DNA of 32,000 nt, taken from Thermofilum adornatum. GTDB lineage: Archaea > Thermoproteota > Thermoprotei > Thermofilales > Thermofilaceae. Within the stretch, counting starts at the first letter, position 1; each line of letters opens with the position of its first letter. Under the pieces are notes generated by a model. That model was not told the origin of the DNA and did not search any database. It saw nothing but the letters and a program-made list of their open reading frames with translations. This document shows, one piece after another, positions 9,166 through 18,151 of the stretch. The position numbers and the translations under genes were made by a program. The DNA is taken from NCBI RefSeq assembly GCF_000446015.1, contig NC_022093.1, positions 1,680,001 through 1,712,000 on the forward strand, written 5' to 3'.

Positions 9166-10503
9166 ATGAAGAAAAGAAACGGCATAAAGACAATTTATGC
9201 AATAATTATTCTCGCCATCATTGTCGTCGCCGGCCTCGCTGCTTATATATTGACCCAGAGACCTGCCGGAGTCACTGCTAAGCCTAAAATAGCTGTAGTC
9301 TCAGACATCGGTGGCAGGGGAGACCTAAGCTTCAACGACATGGGCTTCAAAGGCGCAGAAGAGGCTGCCCGCGACTTTGGATGGGACGTTATGGAGCTAA
9401 TTAGCAAGACAGAGGCTGACTACATACCTAACCTTGAGACAGCCGCAAAGGACCCGAACACTAAGCTAATTGTGGGCGTAGGCTTCCTGCTTAGCGAGGC
9501 CCTAGCCCAGGTAGCAGTAAAGTATCCCGACAAGTATTTTGCAGGCATCGATACATATGCCCAAGACGTAGTTAAACAGAAGTATCCTGACAAGTACCCC
9601 TTGCCAAACCTCATCGACATAAAGTTTGAGGAGCACAAGGGAAGCGCGCTCGTAGGTGCACTTGCATGCCTCCTAGCCATCAACTATGACTATCCACACG
9701 TAGGAATGGTTCTAGGAATTGAGATACCAGTTCTCTGGAAGTTCGAGATAGGCTACAAGTGGGGATGCAACTGGGCCATAGAATGGTACAAGCAGAAGTT
9801 CCCAGACCAGTATGCGTCAAAAATCAAGAACCCAGACAACATATTGGCCCAACCTGTTAAAGAGAGAGTCCTCTGGACCTACACGGGAACCTTTAGCGAC
9901 ATCACCAAGGGCTACGAAGCCGCAAAAGCAATGTATGCCAAAAAAGCCGTCGCTGTATACAACGTCGCAGGCCCACTTGGGCTCGGCATAAACCAGGCAC
10001 TAGACGAAATAGCCAAGGCCAGAGGCCTCAACATGGGTCCACCATTCTGGATAGGGGTAGACGCTGACCAAGACTGGATCAACCCAGGCTTCGTGATTGC
10101 AAGCATGATGAAGAGGGTCGACAAAGGAGTATATTACGCTGCCTACCTAGTACAGAAGGGCAAATTCAAGGACATAGCTGTGAAAAACAACGGGATTCTT
10201 CTCCTAGGAATCGGAACAAAAGTGGACGGCGAATCAATGGAGGGTATATCCGTCAGTACACTCAACGACCTAGATGAATTCATAAAAATGGGACAGGCGG
10301 CTGAACAATATGTAGGCAAGAAAGTCTTACCCATGGATCCAGAACAGATCAGGGCCAAGGTAAAGGCAATGAGGGACTCTGTACCACAGTGGGTATGGCA
10401 GGCGGTAAGCGAGCTAGAGGCACAGATACGTGAAGGCAAAGTACAGGTACCACTCCCACAGACAGAGTCAGATGTAAAGGCTTGGAGAGAACAGCTCGGA
10501 TAA
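9166..10503 (+). CDS. BMP-family ABC transporter substrate-binding protein (nucleoside-binding type)
   Basis: N-terminal anchor (IYAIIILAIIVVAGLAAYIL) followed by KIAVVSDIGGRGDLSFNDMGFKGAEEAARDFG, the hallmark N-terminus of basic-membrane-protein/PnrA-like binding proteins. It lies in an operon with the two permeases. Confidence 0.9.
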   Translation: MKKRNGIKTIYAIIILAIIVVAGLAAYILTQRPAGVTAKPKIAVVSDIGGRGDLSFNDMGFKGAEEAARDFGWDVMELISKTEADYIPNLETAAKDPNTKLIVGVGFLLSEALAQVAVKYPDKYFAGIDTYAQDVVKQKYPDKYPLPNLIDIKFEEHKGSALVGALACLLAINYDYPHVGMVLGIEIPVLWKFEIGYKWGCNWAIEWYKQKFPDQYASKIKNPDNILAQPVKERVLWTYTGTFSDITKGYEAAKAMYAKKAVAVYNVAGPLGLGINQALDEIAKARGLNMGPPFWIGVDADQDWINPGFVIASMMKRVDKGVYYAAYLVQKGKFKDIAVKNNGILLLGIGTKVDGESMEGISVSTLNDLDEFIKMGQAAEQYVGKKVLPMDPEQIRAKVKAMRDSVPQWVWQAVSELEAQIREGKVQVPLPQTESDVKAWREQLG

Positions 10504-10507
10504 AAAA

Positions 10508-10530
10508 TATTTTTATTTTTAAATTTTCTT
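10508..10530 (+). terminator. Oligo-T tracts after the binding-protein gene
   Basis: T5, T5 and T4 runs lie immediately after stop 10501-10503. Archaeal termination commonly uses oligo-T. Confidence 0.45.
10516..10527 (+). promoter_or_regulatory. TATA-like box upstream of the nucleoside phosphorylase gene
   Basis: tttttaaatttt is centred about 26 nt upstream of ATG 10547. Confidence 0.4.
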
Positions 10531-10546
10531 AATTTATGAAATTTCC

Positions 10547-11392
10547 ATGTCAAGCAAAGGCACCGTGAAGAGATTCTCAGCATCAAAGGCATCCACCGAG
10601 GAGGGGCTCCAGTACCATATCAGGTGCAAGCCCGGAGACGTTGCAGAGTTTGTTCTTTTGCCAGGAGACCCTGAAAGAGTGCCGTGGATAGCTAGCTTCT
10701 GGGATGAACAAAGGGAAGTAGCCCGCCACCGCGAATACGTCACATATACAGGCAGATATAAGGGCGTCCCCGTCTCATGCACATCAACAGGCATCGGCGG
10801 GCCCGCTACCGCAATCGCTGTAGAGGAGCTACTAAGGGTTGGGGCCTCGACATTTATAAGGGTCGGGACGACTGGCGCGATACAGCCAGACATCGAGGTG
10901 GGAGACATAATCATTGCTACTGGCGCCGTGAGGCTCGACGGCACAAGCAAGCAGTACGTGAGGGTCGAGTACCCGGCATTCGCGCACTTCGAGGTTGTCT
11001 CCGCCCTCATCCATGCCGCAGAGTCCCTCGGAGCCAGGTACCACGTTGGCATAGTCGCGTCGACCGACTCCTTTTACACGGGCCAGGCGCGTCCAGGATA
11101 CAGGCAGTACGAGCAGAGCTGGATGCGTGACCTCATCCCTGACCTGCAGAAAGCCGGGGTGCTGAGCTTCGAGATGGAGGCTTCAACCCTGTTTACCCTC
11201 TCGAACATATATGGGGCTAGGGCTGGAGCAGTCCTAGCGGCCGTCGCAAATAGGATAAAAAACGAGCTTGTAGAGAACGCAGGCGTGGAGATGGCAATTA
11301 GGGTTGCAAACGAGGCTGTAAAGATTCTGCACGAGTGGGACCAGATCAAAAAAGCTCGGGGCAAAAAATACATGTATCCGGGACTCGTCTAG
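10547..11392 (+). CDS. udp: Nucleoside phosphorylase, uridine phosphorylase-like (PNP/UDP family 1)
   Basis: YHIRCKPGDVAEFVLLPGDPERV, TGIGGPATAIAVEELLRVGASTFIRVGTTGAI and SFEMEASTLF match the hexameric PNP/UDP phosphorylase family. Confidence 0.8.
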   Translation: MSSKGTVKRFSASKASTEEGLQYHIRCKPGDVAEFVLLPGDPERVPWIASFWDEQREVARHREYVTYTGRYKGVPVSCTSTGIGGPATAIAVEELLRVGASTFIRVGTTGAIQPDIEVGDIIIATGAVRLDGTSKQYVRVEYPAFAHFEVVSALIHAAESLGARYHVGIVASTDSFYTGQARPGYRQYEQSWMRDLIPDLQKAGVLSFEMEASTLFTLSNIYGARAGAVLAAVANRIKNELVENAGVEMAIRVANEAVKILHEWDQIKKARGKKYMYPGLV

Positions 11393-11445
11393 GCACTCTC
11401 GGCAATAAAAAAACTTTATTTTTTAGGGCTAAATATAAGGAAACA

Positions 11446-12297
11446 ATGAGTGGAAAAACTATCCGCCTCATGTGGGGAGCTTTACTGATCTATCTAGCTA
11501 TAGGACTAGTATTGGTTTCTGGACAGCCCGTAGAAACACTTTACATAGAGGAGGGTGGGGTCCTAAGGGGCTTCATTTTCTTGCCTCTCTCCAGCGAGGG
11601 AGTGGCAGAGGTAAATCTCCCCTGTAGTGTCCCAACAGTTGCCGTTTACCCAGAGAAAGGTGTCCCAACATACACGCTTAGCGGTTCAACTCTACAAATA
11701 TATGGGGACCCCAATACCAACGTAAACGTAACTTTCACGTGTGACCTAGGAAATGTTTCTACCATTTCTCTTACCTTGCAACCCATAAACCAGAAGCTTA
11801 ACATCTACATTAGCCAGACATATACCGTTCTAGGCATATATCCAACCCCAGACGAGATCTCCTACAAGCCGGGCTATGTGTACCTCGGCTTCGGAAACCT
11901 CTCAACAAGTCTACAGCTCGAGCTGGCTGAGACCGGGCTACCGGGCGAAGGAAAGCCACCTGCACCATCACAAGCGACGACACCTACAAATGTTCCTCCA
12001 AAAGAAGACTATACTCTCTGGATCCTTGTACTAGCCCTAGCGCTGGCCGTAATTATTTTGGGCTTTTTGCTTACTGGGAGAAACAAAAAGGCCCCCGAGA
12101 CACTAGTTGAAGAGGACCAGGCAATCATCGACTACTTGAAGTCCATGGGCGGGAAGGCCTATCTAAAGGAGATACGTGAAGCCCTTGGATTGCCGTCTAC
12201 AACTGCCCTCAGGAGGATAAAAAGGCTTGAATCAATGGGCTTTGTCAAAACAGAGAAGACTCCTGGAGGTCTACTCGTTGTTCTGTTGAGGAAATAA
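11446..12297 (+). CDS. Membrane-anchored protein with extracytoplasmic domain and C-terminal winged-HTH
   Basis: The ATG at 11446 (MSGKTIRLMWGALLIYLAIGLVLV) is a signal/anchor. A second TM helix (LWILVLALALAVIILGFLL) is followed by IIDYLKSMGGKAYLKEIREALGLPSTTALRRIKRLESMGFV, which is wHTH-like. The 11335 start would overlap udp. Confidence 0.6.
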   Translation: MSGKTIRLMWGALLIYLAIGLVLVSGQPVETLYIEEGGVLRGFIFLPLSSEGVAEVNLPCSVPTVAVYPEKGVPTYTLSGSTLQIYGDPNTNVNVTFTCDLGNVSTISLTLQPINQKLNIYISQTYTVLGIYPTPDEISYKPGYVYLGFGNLSTSLQLELAETGLPGEGKPPAPSQATTPTNVPPKEDYTLWILVLALALAVIILGFLLTGRNKKAPETLVEEDQAIIDYLKSMGGKAYLKEIREALGLPSTTALRRIKRLESMGFVKTEKTPGGLLVVLLRK

Positions 12298-12332
12298 GAA
12301 AATATTTATTATGCCAAAGCAATATTAACATA

Positions 12333-12626
12333 ATGAGCCAATTTGTACACGAGATAGTTGTTGGGGAAAAGCATGAGGGATCCTATACTCTTGAGCTCAT
12401 AAACATGCTTGGAAAGGGCGCACAGAGAGTAATCGTTAAGGCCCACGGGAGAAACATCTCGAAAGCAGTATATGTAACCGAGAGCGTTAGGCGCCTAACA
12501 GGGGACAAGATTGGCTACGGCAAGATAAAGATATATTCTACTGAGGTAGGCGAATTAAAAGAGGAAAAGAGCGTTCCAGTTATAGAAATAGAAGTCATAA
12601 ACCTCGGAGTAAAGCCCCAGAGCTAG
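12333..12626 (+). CDS. albA: DNA/RNA-binding protein Alba
   Basis: 97 aa. RVIVKAHGRNISKAVYVTESVRR...VPVIEIEV fits the Alba (Sso10b) fold signature. A TATA-like aatatttatta box is centred about 27 nt upstream. Confidence 0.8.
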   Translation: MSQFVHEIVVGEKHEGSYTLELINMLGKGAQRVIVKAHGRNISKAVYVTESVRRLTGDKIGYGKIKIYSTEVGELKEEKSVPVIEIEVINLGVKPQS

Positions 12627-13171
12627 GGGCCACCTTTCCGAATTATATGTAGCCGGCCAACCTCATAGAAGCCTGCGCCCCAATTGTGTAGCGGCAAATT
12701 AGTCTTTTTCAGATCCCATCCACTCCTCTTCCCGAAAAAGCGCTCGTCAGCCTTGGCAGAGAGAACCTTGCCAAGGTAGAAAACAACGTCTTCCGTCTTT
12801 ATGCTGGTGTATACACGGCACTCAACCACACCGATAGTTTCCTCTGCAACGGGGGCATCGACTTTTTCTCCCTTCCTGTAGCTGATAACCTTTGTCTTGT
12901 CCACGCTTCTACCAGAGACAGTCCCCGCATAGTAGAGCTTCTCGAGCGACTGTAAAGGCAGAACGTTCACAGTGAATTCCCCATACGTGTCGATAAGCTC
13001 CCTTGTATAGCTATTGACGTCAATGGCTACCCCCACCAGTGGAGGCTCTTCGCTCACAGGCGAGACCCAGCTAGCGGCCATAAAGTTGACTTTCTCGCCT
13101 ACCTTTCCGCTTCCAATGAGGTATGCCGGCCTAGGGTGAAGCAAGAGGTAAAAGTTTTCAACTTCCATCAT
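12623..13171 (-). CDS. Flavin reductase-like FMN-binding domain protein
   Basis: LLHPRPAYLIGSG...VNFMAASWVSPVSEEPPLVGVAID...FTVNVL is the split-barrel flavin reductase-like pattern. It is convergent with Alba and overlaps it by 4 nt. Confidence 0.75.
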   Translation of the reverse strand: MMEVENFYLLLHPRPAYLIGSGKVGEKVNFMAASWVSPVSEEPPLVGVAIDVNSYTRELIDTYGEFTVNVLPLQSLEKLYYAGTVSGRSVDKTKVISYRKGEKVDAPVAEETIGVVECRVYTSIKTEDVVFYLGKVLSAKADERFFGKRSGWDLKKTNLPLHNWGAGFYEVGRLHIIRKGGP

Positions 13172-13514
13172 GGCTTTTCACTAAATAGGTCTTTTTGGAT
13201 CCTTATCAATATTTCCCTAGAAAATTTTTATATATTTTAAGAGATCGAGCACGCTATATGAATTAGCCAATGCCCTGCGGTGCTTGCACTTCAAGAGGCA
13301 TGCTTTCTATGTTCCCCAGAAAACGAGGATCGGACGCTCATCGTAGTTCAACAAAGACTTCACCTTTCATCAATTCTTTCGCTCATTTTTAGTTTAATTT
13401 ATTAGACAGGTATGGACTTCCTGAGTTTCAGGGCAAGATTGAGGCTAAATAGTGCTTGGAACATTTATGACATTAAACTTAATACCCAGGTGAGACAAAA
13501 CAAGATTGTAGTGT

Positions 13515-14255
13515 ATGAGTATAGGCGAGACCGAGGAGAGCTCGTATATAGTTGCAAAGCTCTTGAACAGCCTGAAGGAGGTCTATACCTTCAAAGAGCT
13601 CGAGGAGATCCTGGACATGCCCAGCCAGCTTCTCTGGAGGTACACTACTTTTTCCCAGTTTCCCGAGAGGCAGACAGCGAAAAAGATACTTGACGCTATC
13701 CGTGAAAACAGGCTCATCGAGAAGGCCCTGAAGCAGGCCCTTTCCAGGGAGACAGGGGTAGCTGAGGAGTGGCGCCTCCTCTTTAACCCGAGGATATTGA
13801 ACCTTGTGGGCTATCTTGCATGGAAGCATTTTAAGGACGACGAGGTCAATCTAGTCATGACGGCTGGGGAAAAGAATAGTGCCCTCGCAGTTGTTTTGGC
13901 AGAGTGGCTCTCGGCAGACGCTTGTGTAGCTACTGAGCATGCGTGGACAAGCTGGGGCAAGTTTTACTCCGCTCCCTACAACTCCTCTGAGAGAGAGGAG
14001 TATGTCTACCTACATGTCCCTAAGGAGGCTATAAAGAGGGACTCAAGGGTACTCTTCGTTAAGGGCACAGCTAAAAACTTTGAGTCTTTGTCGGCCCTAT
14101 ATAGCATAGCTGAGCAGGCAAAAGCTATTCCCGTGGGGGGCCTAGTTGTATTGGCCTACACAGACAAGTGGACAGAGTTCACGGCTAAGACCGGCATAAA
14201 GAAGTTCTATGTCGTTGCAAGCCTCCGCGGTGGGCAACTTGTTGTAAGCATTTAA
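13515..14255 (+). CDS. PurR-like architecture: N-terminal wHTH plus degenerate phosphoribosyltransferase-like domain (putative regulator)
   Basis: The N-terminus (FKELEEILDMPSQLLWRY) is HTH-like. VNLVMTAGEKNSALAVVLAEWLSADACVA and SRVLFVKGTAKNFESL align in spirit with the PRT-fold strands (VVMTVATKG...; VLIIDDFMKAGGT in B. subtilis PurR), but the acidic PRPP-loop residues are missing. The assignment is by eye only. Confidence 0.4.
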   Translation: MSIGETEESSYIVAKLLNSLKEVYTFKELEEILDMPSQLLWRYTTFSQFPERQTAKKILDAIRENRLIEKALKQALSRETGVAEEWRLLFNPRILNLVGYLAWKHFKDDEVNLVMTAGEKNSALAVVLAEWLSADACVATEHAWTSWGKFYSAPYNSSEREEYVYLHVPKEAIKRDSRVLFVKGTAKNFESLSALYSIAEQAKAIPVGGLVVLAYTDKWTEFTAKTGIKKFYVVASLRGGQLVVSI

Positions 14256-14440
14256 TGTTCAGAACCTCTTCTTTCTTTCATGTTTCCTTCCAAACAGACC
14301 ATCCATAGGATAAGGAATCTCCACGAAAAGCTCGCTGACATAGGACACACATTGTTGATAACTTTGTAGTGCTAAAAATTGCTAAGGGTAGCTTTAGATA
14401 AAATTTATAGCATTCATGAAAAAAGAAAAGCGGATTCACA

Positions 14441-15373
14441 ATGAAGGATAACAGCTTGGAAAAAATACTTGCATGGATGAACGTTATACGGGTCAAGTTC
14501 TTTGCAGCCGGCATACCACCTGTGATTCTCGGTTTTTCAGTTGCATACTATGTTGAGGGCCTATTGAGTCCCGACCTATTTTTGCTGACACTCTTCGGCA
14601 TAGTTACTGCAATGATTGGAAGCTATACTTTCAATGAATACTTTGACTTTAAAAGCGGAGTGGATCTTGTTGTCAAAGATGAACATGTCACTCCTTTCAA
14701 CTCTGGTAGCAGGGTTCTCCCCTCAGGCCTGCTGAATCCCGAAAAAGTTTTTGACGCTGGGCTCTTCGCATCTCTGGTCACGGTCGCAATAGGCCTGTAC
14801 CTAACCTGGCTCCGCGGACCACTGGTTCTAGTTTTAACAATCTTGGGAATGATAGCTGCTCTAGGCTACACGGCTCCTCCCTTTGCTTTTGCGTATCGAG
14901 GAATAGGCGAAGCAATGATAGGGCTTAGCTATGGCCCATTCATTACGCTTGGCAGCTTCCTTGTCCAGACAGGCCGCTTAGACACAGTGGCACTTCTCGC
15001 ATCTCTGGTACCAGGCTTCCTGATCACCGCGGTCATTTGGATCAACGAGTTTCCAGACTATGAAGCCGACAAAACTGTGGGTAAAAGAAACATGATCGTT
15101 AGGCTGGGAAAGAAGAAGGCTGTCCTCGTATATCCATGGTTTTTCATTTTGGCATATGCTACCGTTATTGCCGGTGTCGTTCTTAGAATGTTTCCTCTAT
15201 ATACACTGTTCTCCTTGGTTACGCTTCCCATAGCGATACAAGCTACTAGGAATGCAGTGAAGAATATTGATAATCCTCGAGGCCTCGTCCCGTCCATGAA
15301 AAACACTATTTTGGTTTTTGTTCTCACGACTTTTCTCCTATCACTTGGATTCATTGTAGCCAGGTGGATTTAG
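14441..15373 (+). CDS. UbiA-family prenyltransferase, MenA-like
   Basis: A polytopic membrane protein with NEYFDFKSGVD (NxxxDxxxD) and INEFPDYEADKTVGKRNMIVRLG (second Asp-rich motif, with a GK..T/M.VRLG tail as in MenA). Confidence 0.75.
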   Translation: MKDNSLEKILAWMNVIRVKFFAAGIPPVILGFSVAYYVEGLLSPDLFLLTLFGIVTAMIGSYTFNEYFDFKSGVDLVVKDEHVTPFNSGSRVLPSGLLNPEKVFDAGLFASLVTVAIGLYLTWLRGPLVLVLTILGMIAALGYTAPPFAFAYRGIGEAMIGLSYGPFITLGSFLVQTGRLDTVALLASLVPGFLITAVIWINEFPDYEADKTVGKRNMIVRLGKKKAVLVYPWFFILAYATVIAGVVLRMFPLYTLFSLVTLPIAIQATRNAVKNIDNPRGLVPSMKNTILVFVLTTFLLSLGFIVARWI

Positions 15374-16611
15374 TGCCAGAACGCGCTCCCCATGTTTTAC
15401 CTTTCTATATTCCTCCTACGTTGGTCTTGAGACAAGTAGGCAGTCTACTTGCTTTCAAGGAGTTGACGGGCTGGCCTGGATTGGACAGGTGGCTTCCAGA
15501 GGCCGGACTACTGTTGCGCACTGCCGCAGGGGCTATTGGCTTTGGCTGTTTCGGGATGCCTATACATCCAGTGTACGAGGTTACTGCCGCCTGTAATCTT
15601 AGGTGTAAGCACTGCCACGCCAGAGGGGGTAAACCATACCCAGACGAGCTAGACACTGAGGGAGCTAAAGAAGTAATAAGGAAGCTTGCCGAGGTTCCTG
15701 AGTTCCGCGTACTTGTCTTTACAGGTGGAGAACCACTTGTCAGGCCAGACATTTACGAGCTTATCTCTTACGCTAAGAGTCTCGGCTTCAGTGTTGTATT
15801 AGCTACAAATGCGATTCTAATCACAAAGAGCGTTTCAAAGAAATTGCGGGAACTGGGAGTTGAGGGTATAGCTGCTAGCATAGACTTTGTAAAGCCGGAG
15901 CAACACGACGAGTACCGAGGCGTGCCTGGGGCTTTTCAACGCGCCATAGAGGGAATAAAGAACGCGGCCAGCGAAGGTCTATATATCCACATAAATGTCA
16001 CGCTCTCCAAGCTGAACCTCGACCAATTAGAGGACTTGATGCGGCTTTCTGACAGGCTTGGGGCCTATGTCGTGTTTCTCTACCAGCTGTTGCCGTTTGG
16101 AAGGGGAGAAGAATTAAAGAACTTGCTATTAACCCGTGAAGAATTTCTGCAGGTTATGGAGAGAGTAAAGAAAATACAGCGAGAAGTAAAGCCTGTAATC
16201 GTGCCAGTAGGTCTGCCCGAATACTTCGCCTATCTCCTTAAAGATTCTCCACTGTTCAAAATCTATTCCCCATTCTTTAAGGGATGTAGCGCGGGCAGTG
16301 GAATGTTCTACATAAAGCCCAACGGCGACGTCTGGCCATGTGCATTCGTCCCCATAAAAGCTGGAAACCTGCGGGAACAGTCAGCACTCGAAATATGGAG
16401 AAACAGCCCAGTATTCAGGGCTCTTAGAGACAGAAGTAATCTTAAGGGTCCATGTGCCACTTGTAAGTATAGGGACGTGTGTGGGGGCTGCAGAGCTAGA
16501 ACCCTTGCATTAACAGGAGACCTATTTGCCTCGGATCCAATGTGTCCACTCGCAAGTCACGAGACACAATTAAAGCTGATAAGAACCCCAGACATCAAGA
16601 CGATACAATAG
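15364..16611 (+). CDS. Radical SAM enzyme with C-terminal SPASM-type Cys cluster
   Basis: CNLRCKHCHA (CxxxCxxC), FTGGEPL, and C-terminal CAFVP...CATCKYRDVCGGCRAR. The GTG at 15364 overlaps the prenyltransferase stop by 10 nt. An alternative ATG at 15556 would remove 64 aa. Confidence 0.8.
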   Translation: MDLVPERAPHVLPFYIPPTLVLRQVGSLLAFKELTGWPGLDRWLPEAGLLLRTAAGAIGFGCFGMPIHPVYEVTAACNLRCKHCHARGGKPYPDELDTEGAKEVIRKLAEVPEFRVLVFTGGEPLVRPDIYELISYAKSLGFSVVLATNAILITKSVSKKLRELGVEGIAASIDFVKPEQHDEYRGVPGAFQRAIEGIKNAASEGLYIHINVTLSKLNLDQLEDLMRLSDRLGAYVVFLYQLLPFGRGEELKNLLLTREEFLQVMERVKKIQREVKPVIVPVGLPEYFAYLLKDSPLFKIYSPFFKGCSAGSGMFYIKPNGDVWPCAFVPIKAGNLREQSALEIWRNSPVFRALRDRSNLKGPCATCKYRDVCGGCRARTLALTGDLFASDPMCPLASHETQLKLIRTPDIKTIQ

Positions 16612-16653
16612 CCATAGTATCTCATGTCTATTTTTTCGGAAAGAAAGTCTTAG

Positions 16654-17568
16654 CTAATTTACGTTGCCCCTTGTTCCCAGAAAAATCTTCGCAATTGTGG
16701 CCACAAGTACTAAAGAGAGTATTCCCAATAGGCCATTCCCACCCAGAAGTTCTCCAGTAGCATCCTCTAAATTATTCGTCAATATTGTTAATGCCCAAAG
16801 CGCGTTTAGAGCTCCATGCAGAGAGACTGAGGGAAGTATGCTCCCAGTCCTGGATACTAAGATTAGCATTATAAATGTTAGAGGTATGCATAACACCACG
16901 AAAATTGGAACACCGAGCCACTTCAAGTTTGGATAGTTGTGTCCTAGAAGCCCTATAGCTGTTGCATGCCACAGTCCCCAGACGGTTCCTACGATGAAAC
17001 TGTTTCCAAGGCTTGGAGCAGAGCCTAGCCGCTTATAGAGGTAGCCTCGCCACCCTATCTCTTCGCCCAAAGCGTAGAGAGCATTGATGGTTAGGGCTAC
17101 TAGGTAAGCGGAGACAAGCTGTACAAGCAGGAGTACTCGGGCGGCTTCTATGGATATTTTTCCCTGCTCTGCTATTATCCTTACAGGCTTTTCTAGGTCG
17201 ATGACGTTGAAGGCTAGGCCTATGAGAAAGTAGATTCCTAGTGCAATGTAAACTATTAGGGGTGCCAGAAAATACCAGTAGACAGCTTTATCCCTCACGT
17301 TAAGATAGCTTTTAAATTCTCCGGATATACTCTTCCCAGACATCCGTAAGGCTACAGCCGCACCGACAGTGGGGGTATACATCCTGAAGAGGCCCCACAA
17401 AAGAGCTACCTGTGACAGAACAAGGGGAGATGGCACATTTTGCGAAATCGTGAATACGAGTACGTCGGCCAGGAATGCGAGCCCAAACGAGATAGCGAGG
17501 AACGCGACAACGTCCCTGTAAGCCATATATTCCTTAGGGGCTTTACGATTTAATTTTTTGCGGGCCAT
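16654..17568 (-). CDS. CPBP-family intramembrane glutamic endopeptidase (CAAX protease/Abi family)
   Basis: A polytopic protein with GEEIGWRGYLY (EExxxR), VWGLWH and SLHGALN motifs. Confidence 0.8.
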   Translation of the reverse strand: MARKKLNRKAPKEYMAYRDVVAFLAISFGLAFLADVLVFTISQNVPSPLVLSQVALLWGLFRMYTPTVGAAVALRMSGKSISGEFKSYLNVRDKAVYWYFLAPLIVYIALGIYFLIGLAFNVIDLEKPVRIIAEQGKISIEAARVLLLVQLVSAYLVALTINALYALGEEIGWRGYLYKRLGSAPSLGNSFIVGTVWGLWHATAIGLLGHNYPNLKWLGVPIFVVLCIPLTFIMLILVSRTGSILPSVSLHGALNALWALTILTNNLEDATGELLGGNGLLGILSLVLVATIAKIFLGTRGNVN

Positions 17569-17602
17569 TTATAGTGTTTTTGGGAATTTCAATAGGCCAA
17601 TT

Positions 17603-18079
17603 CTATCCTAGCTTCTTAACAAGGATTATATCGTCCTCGTAAGCATAGAGCGGCCCCTCAAGCTCCTCGAATTCTTTTTCTCCCCGCCTATACAGTGAAT
17701 AGCCCATTTTCGTGAACATACCTATCGAGGCCAAATTGTCTCGCCTAGTGCTGGCCGCAGAATATCTACAGCCATGTTCCCTGAATATCTTTTCTGCCTC
17801 GGCTACAAGGTTTTTACCTATGCCCCTGCCCCTGTAGCCGGGGTCTACGGCTATAAAGCTTATTACGCTTATCTTCCCGTGGGTTTTAGTCTCCTTTGTG
17901 TATATTTCGGCCACACCTACGACTCGCCCATCCATAATGGCAACGAGAGTGTCTAGCCTGCCGAGGAGGAGCTCGCTCCAATACCTATAGGAGCCAGTAA
18001 AAGACTTTCTGAGTATTTCTTTTGCCTGTTTTAGGTCGCCCTTCTCGGCAAACCTTACCTGAAGACCAGTTAAAGCCAC
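17603..18079 (-). CDS. GNAT-family N-acetyltransferase
   Basis: VDPGYRGRGIGKNLV is the acetyl-CoA-binding motif A (Q/RxxGxG/A). At 158 aa, the size fits. Confidence 0.85.
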   Translation of the reverse strand: MALTGLQVRFAEKGDLKQAKEILRKSFTGSYRYWSELLLGRLDTLVAIMDGRVVGVAEIYTKETKTHGKISVISFIAVDPGYRGRGIGKNLVAEAEKIFREHGCRYSAASTRRDNLASIGMFTKMGYSLYRRGEKEFEELEGPLYAYEDDIILVKKLG

Positions 18080-18151
18080 TTCTCCGACCCTCTACAAAAT
18101 TGGGCATCCTGCTACAATAAGTTTATCGCCCCCTAAAATACTATTCTCCAC

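Noticed and set aside
10143-11052. Minus-strand ORFs 10143..10592 and 10534..11052
   Set aside because: They are antisense to the binding-protein and nucleoside phosphorylase genes. They are Cys/Ser/Pro-rich shadow ORFs.
11335-11445. The upstream start (11335) for the membrane wHTH protein
   Set aside because: It would overlap the udp C-terminus and read through an oligo-T tract and an A/T box. The ATG at 11446 starts directly with a signal or anchor sequence.
13270-13392. A 40-aa ORF (MPCGACTSRG...) in the long gap upstream of the PurR-like gene
   Set aside because: It has a single CxxC only and no second Cys pair. There is no Shine-Dalgarno or TATA context, and it is too short to support without expression or conservation data.
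13412-13693. A 93-aa plus-strand ORF overlapping the start of 13515..14255
   Set aside because: It is out of frame with, and largely overlaps, the longer and better-supported ORF. It has no motifs.
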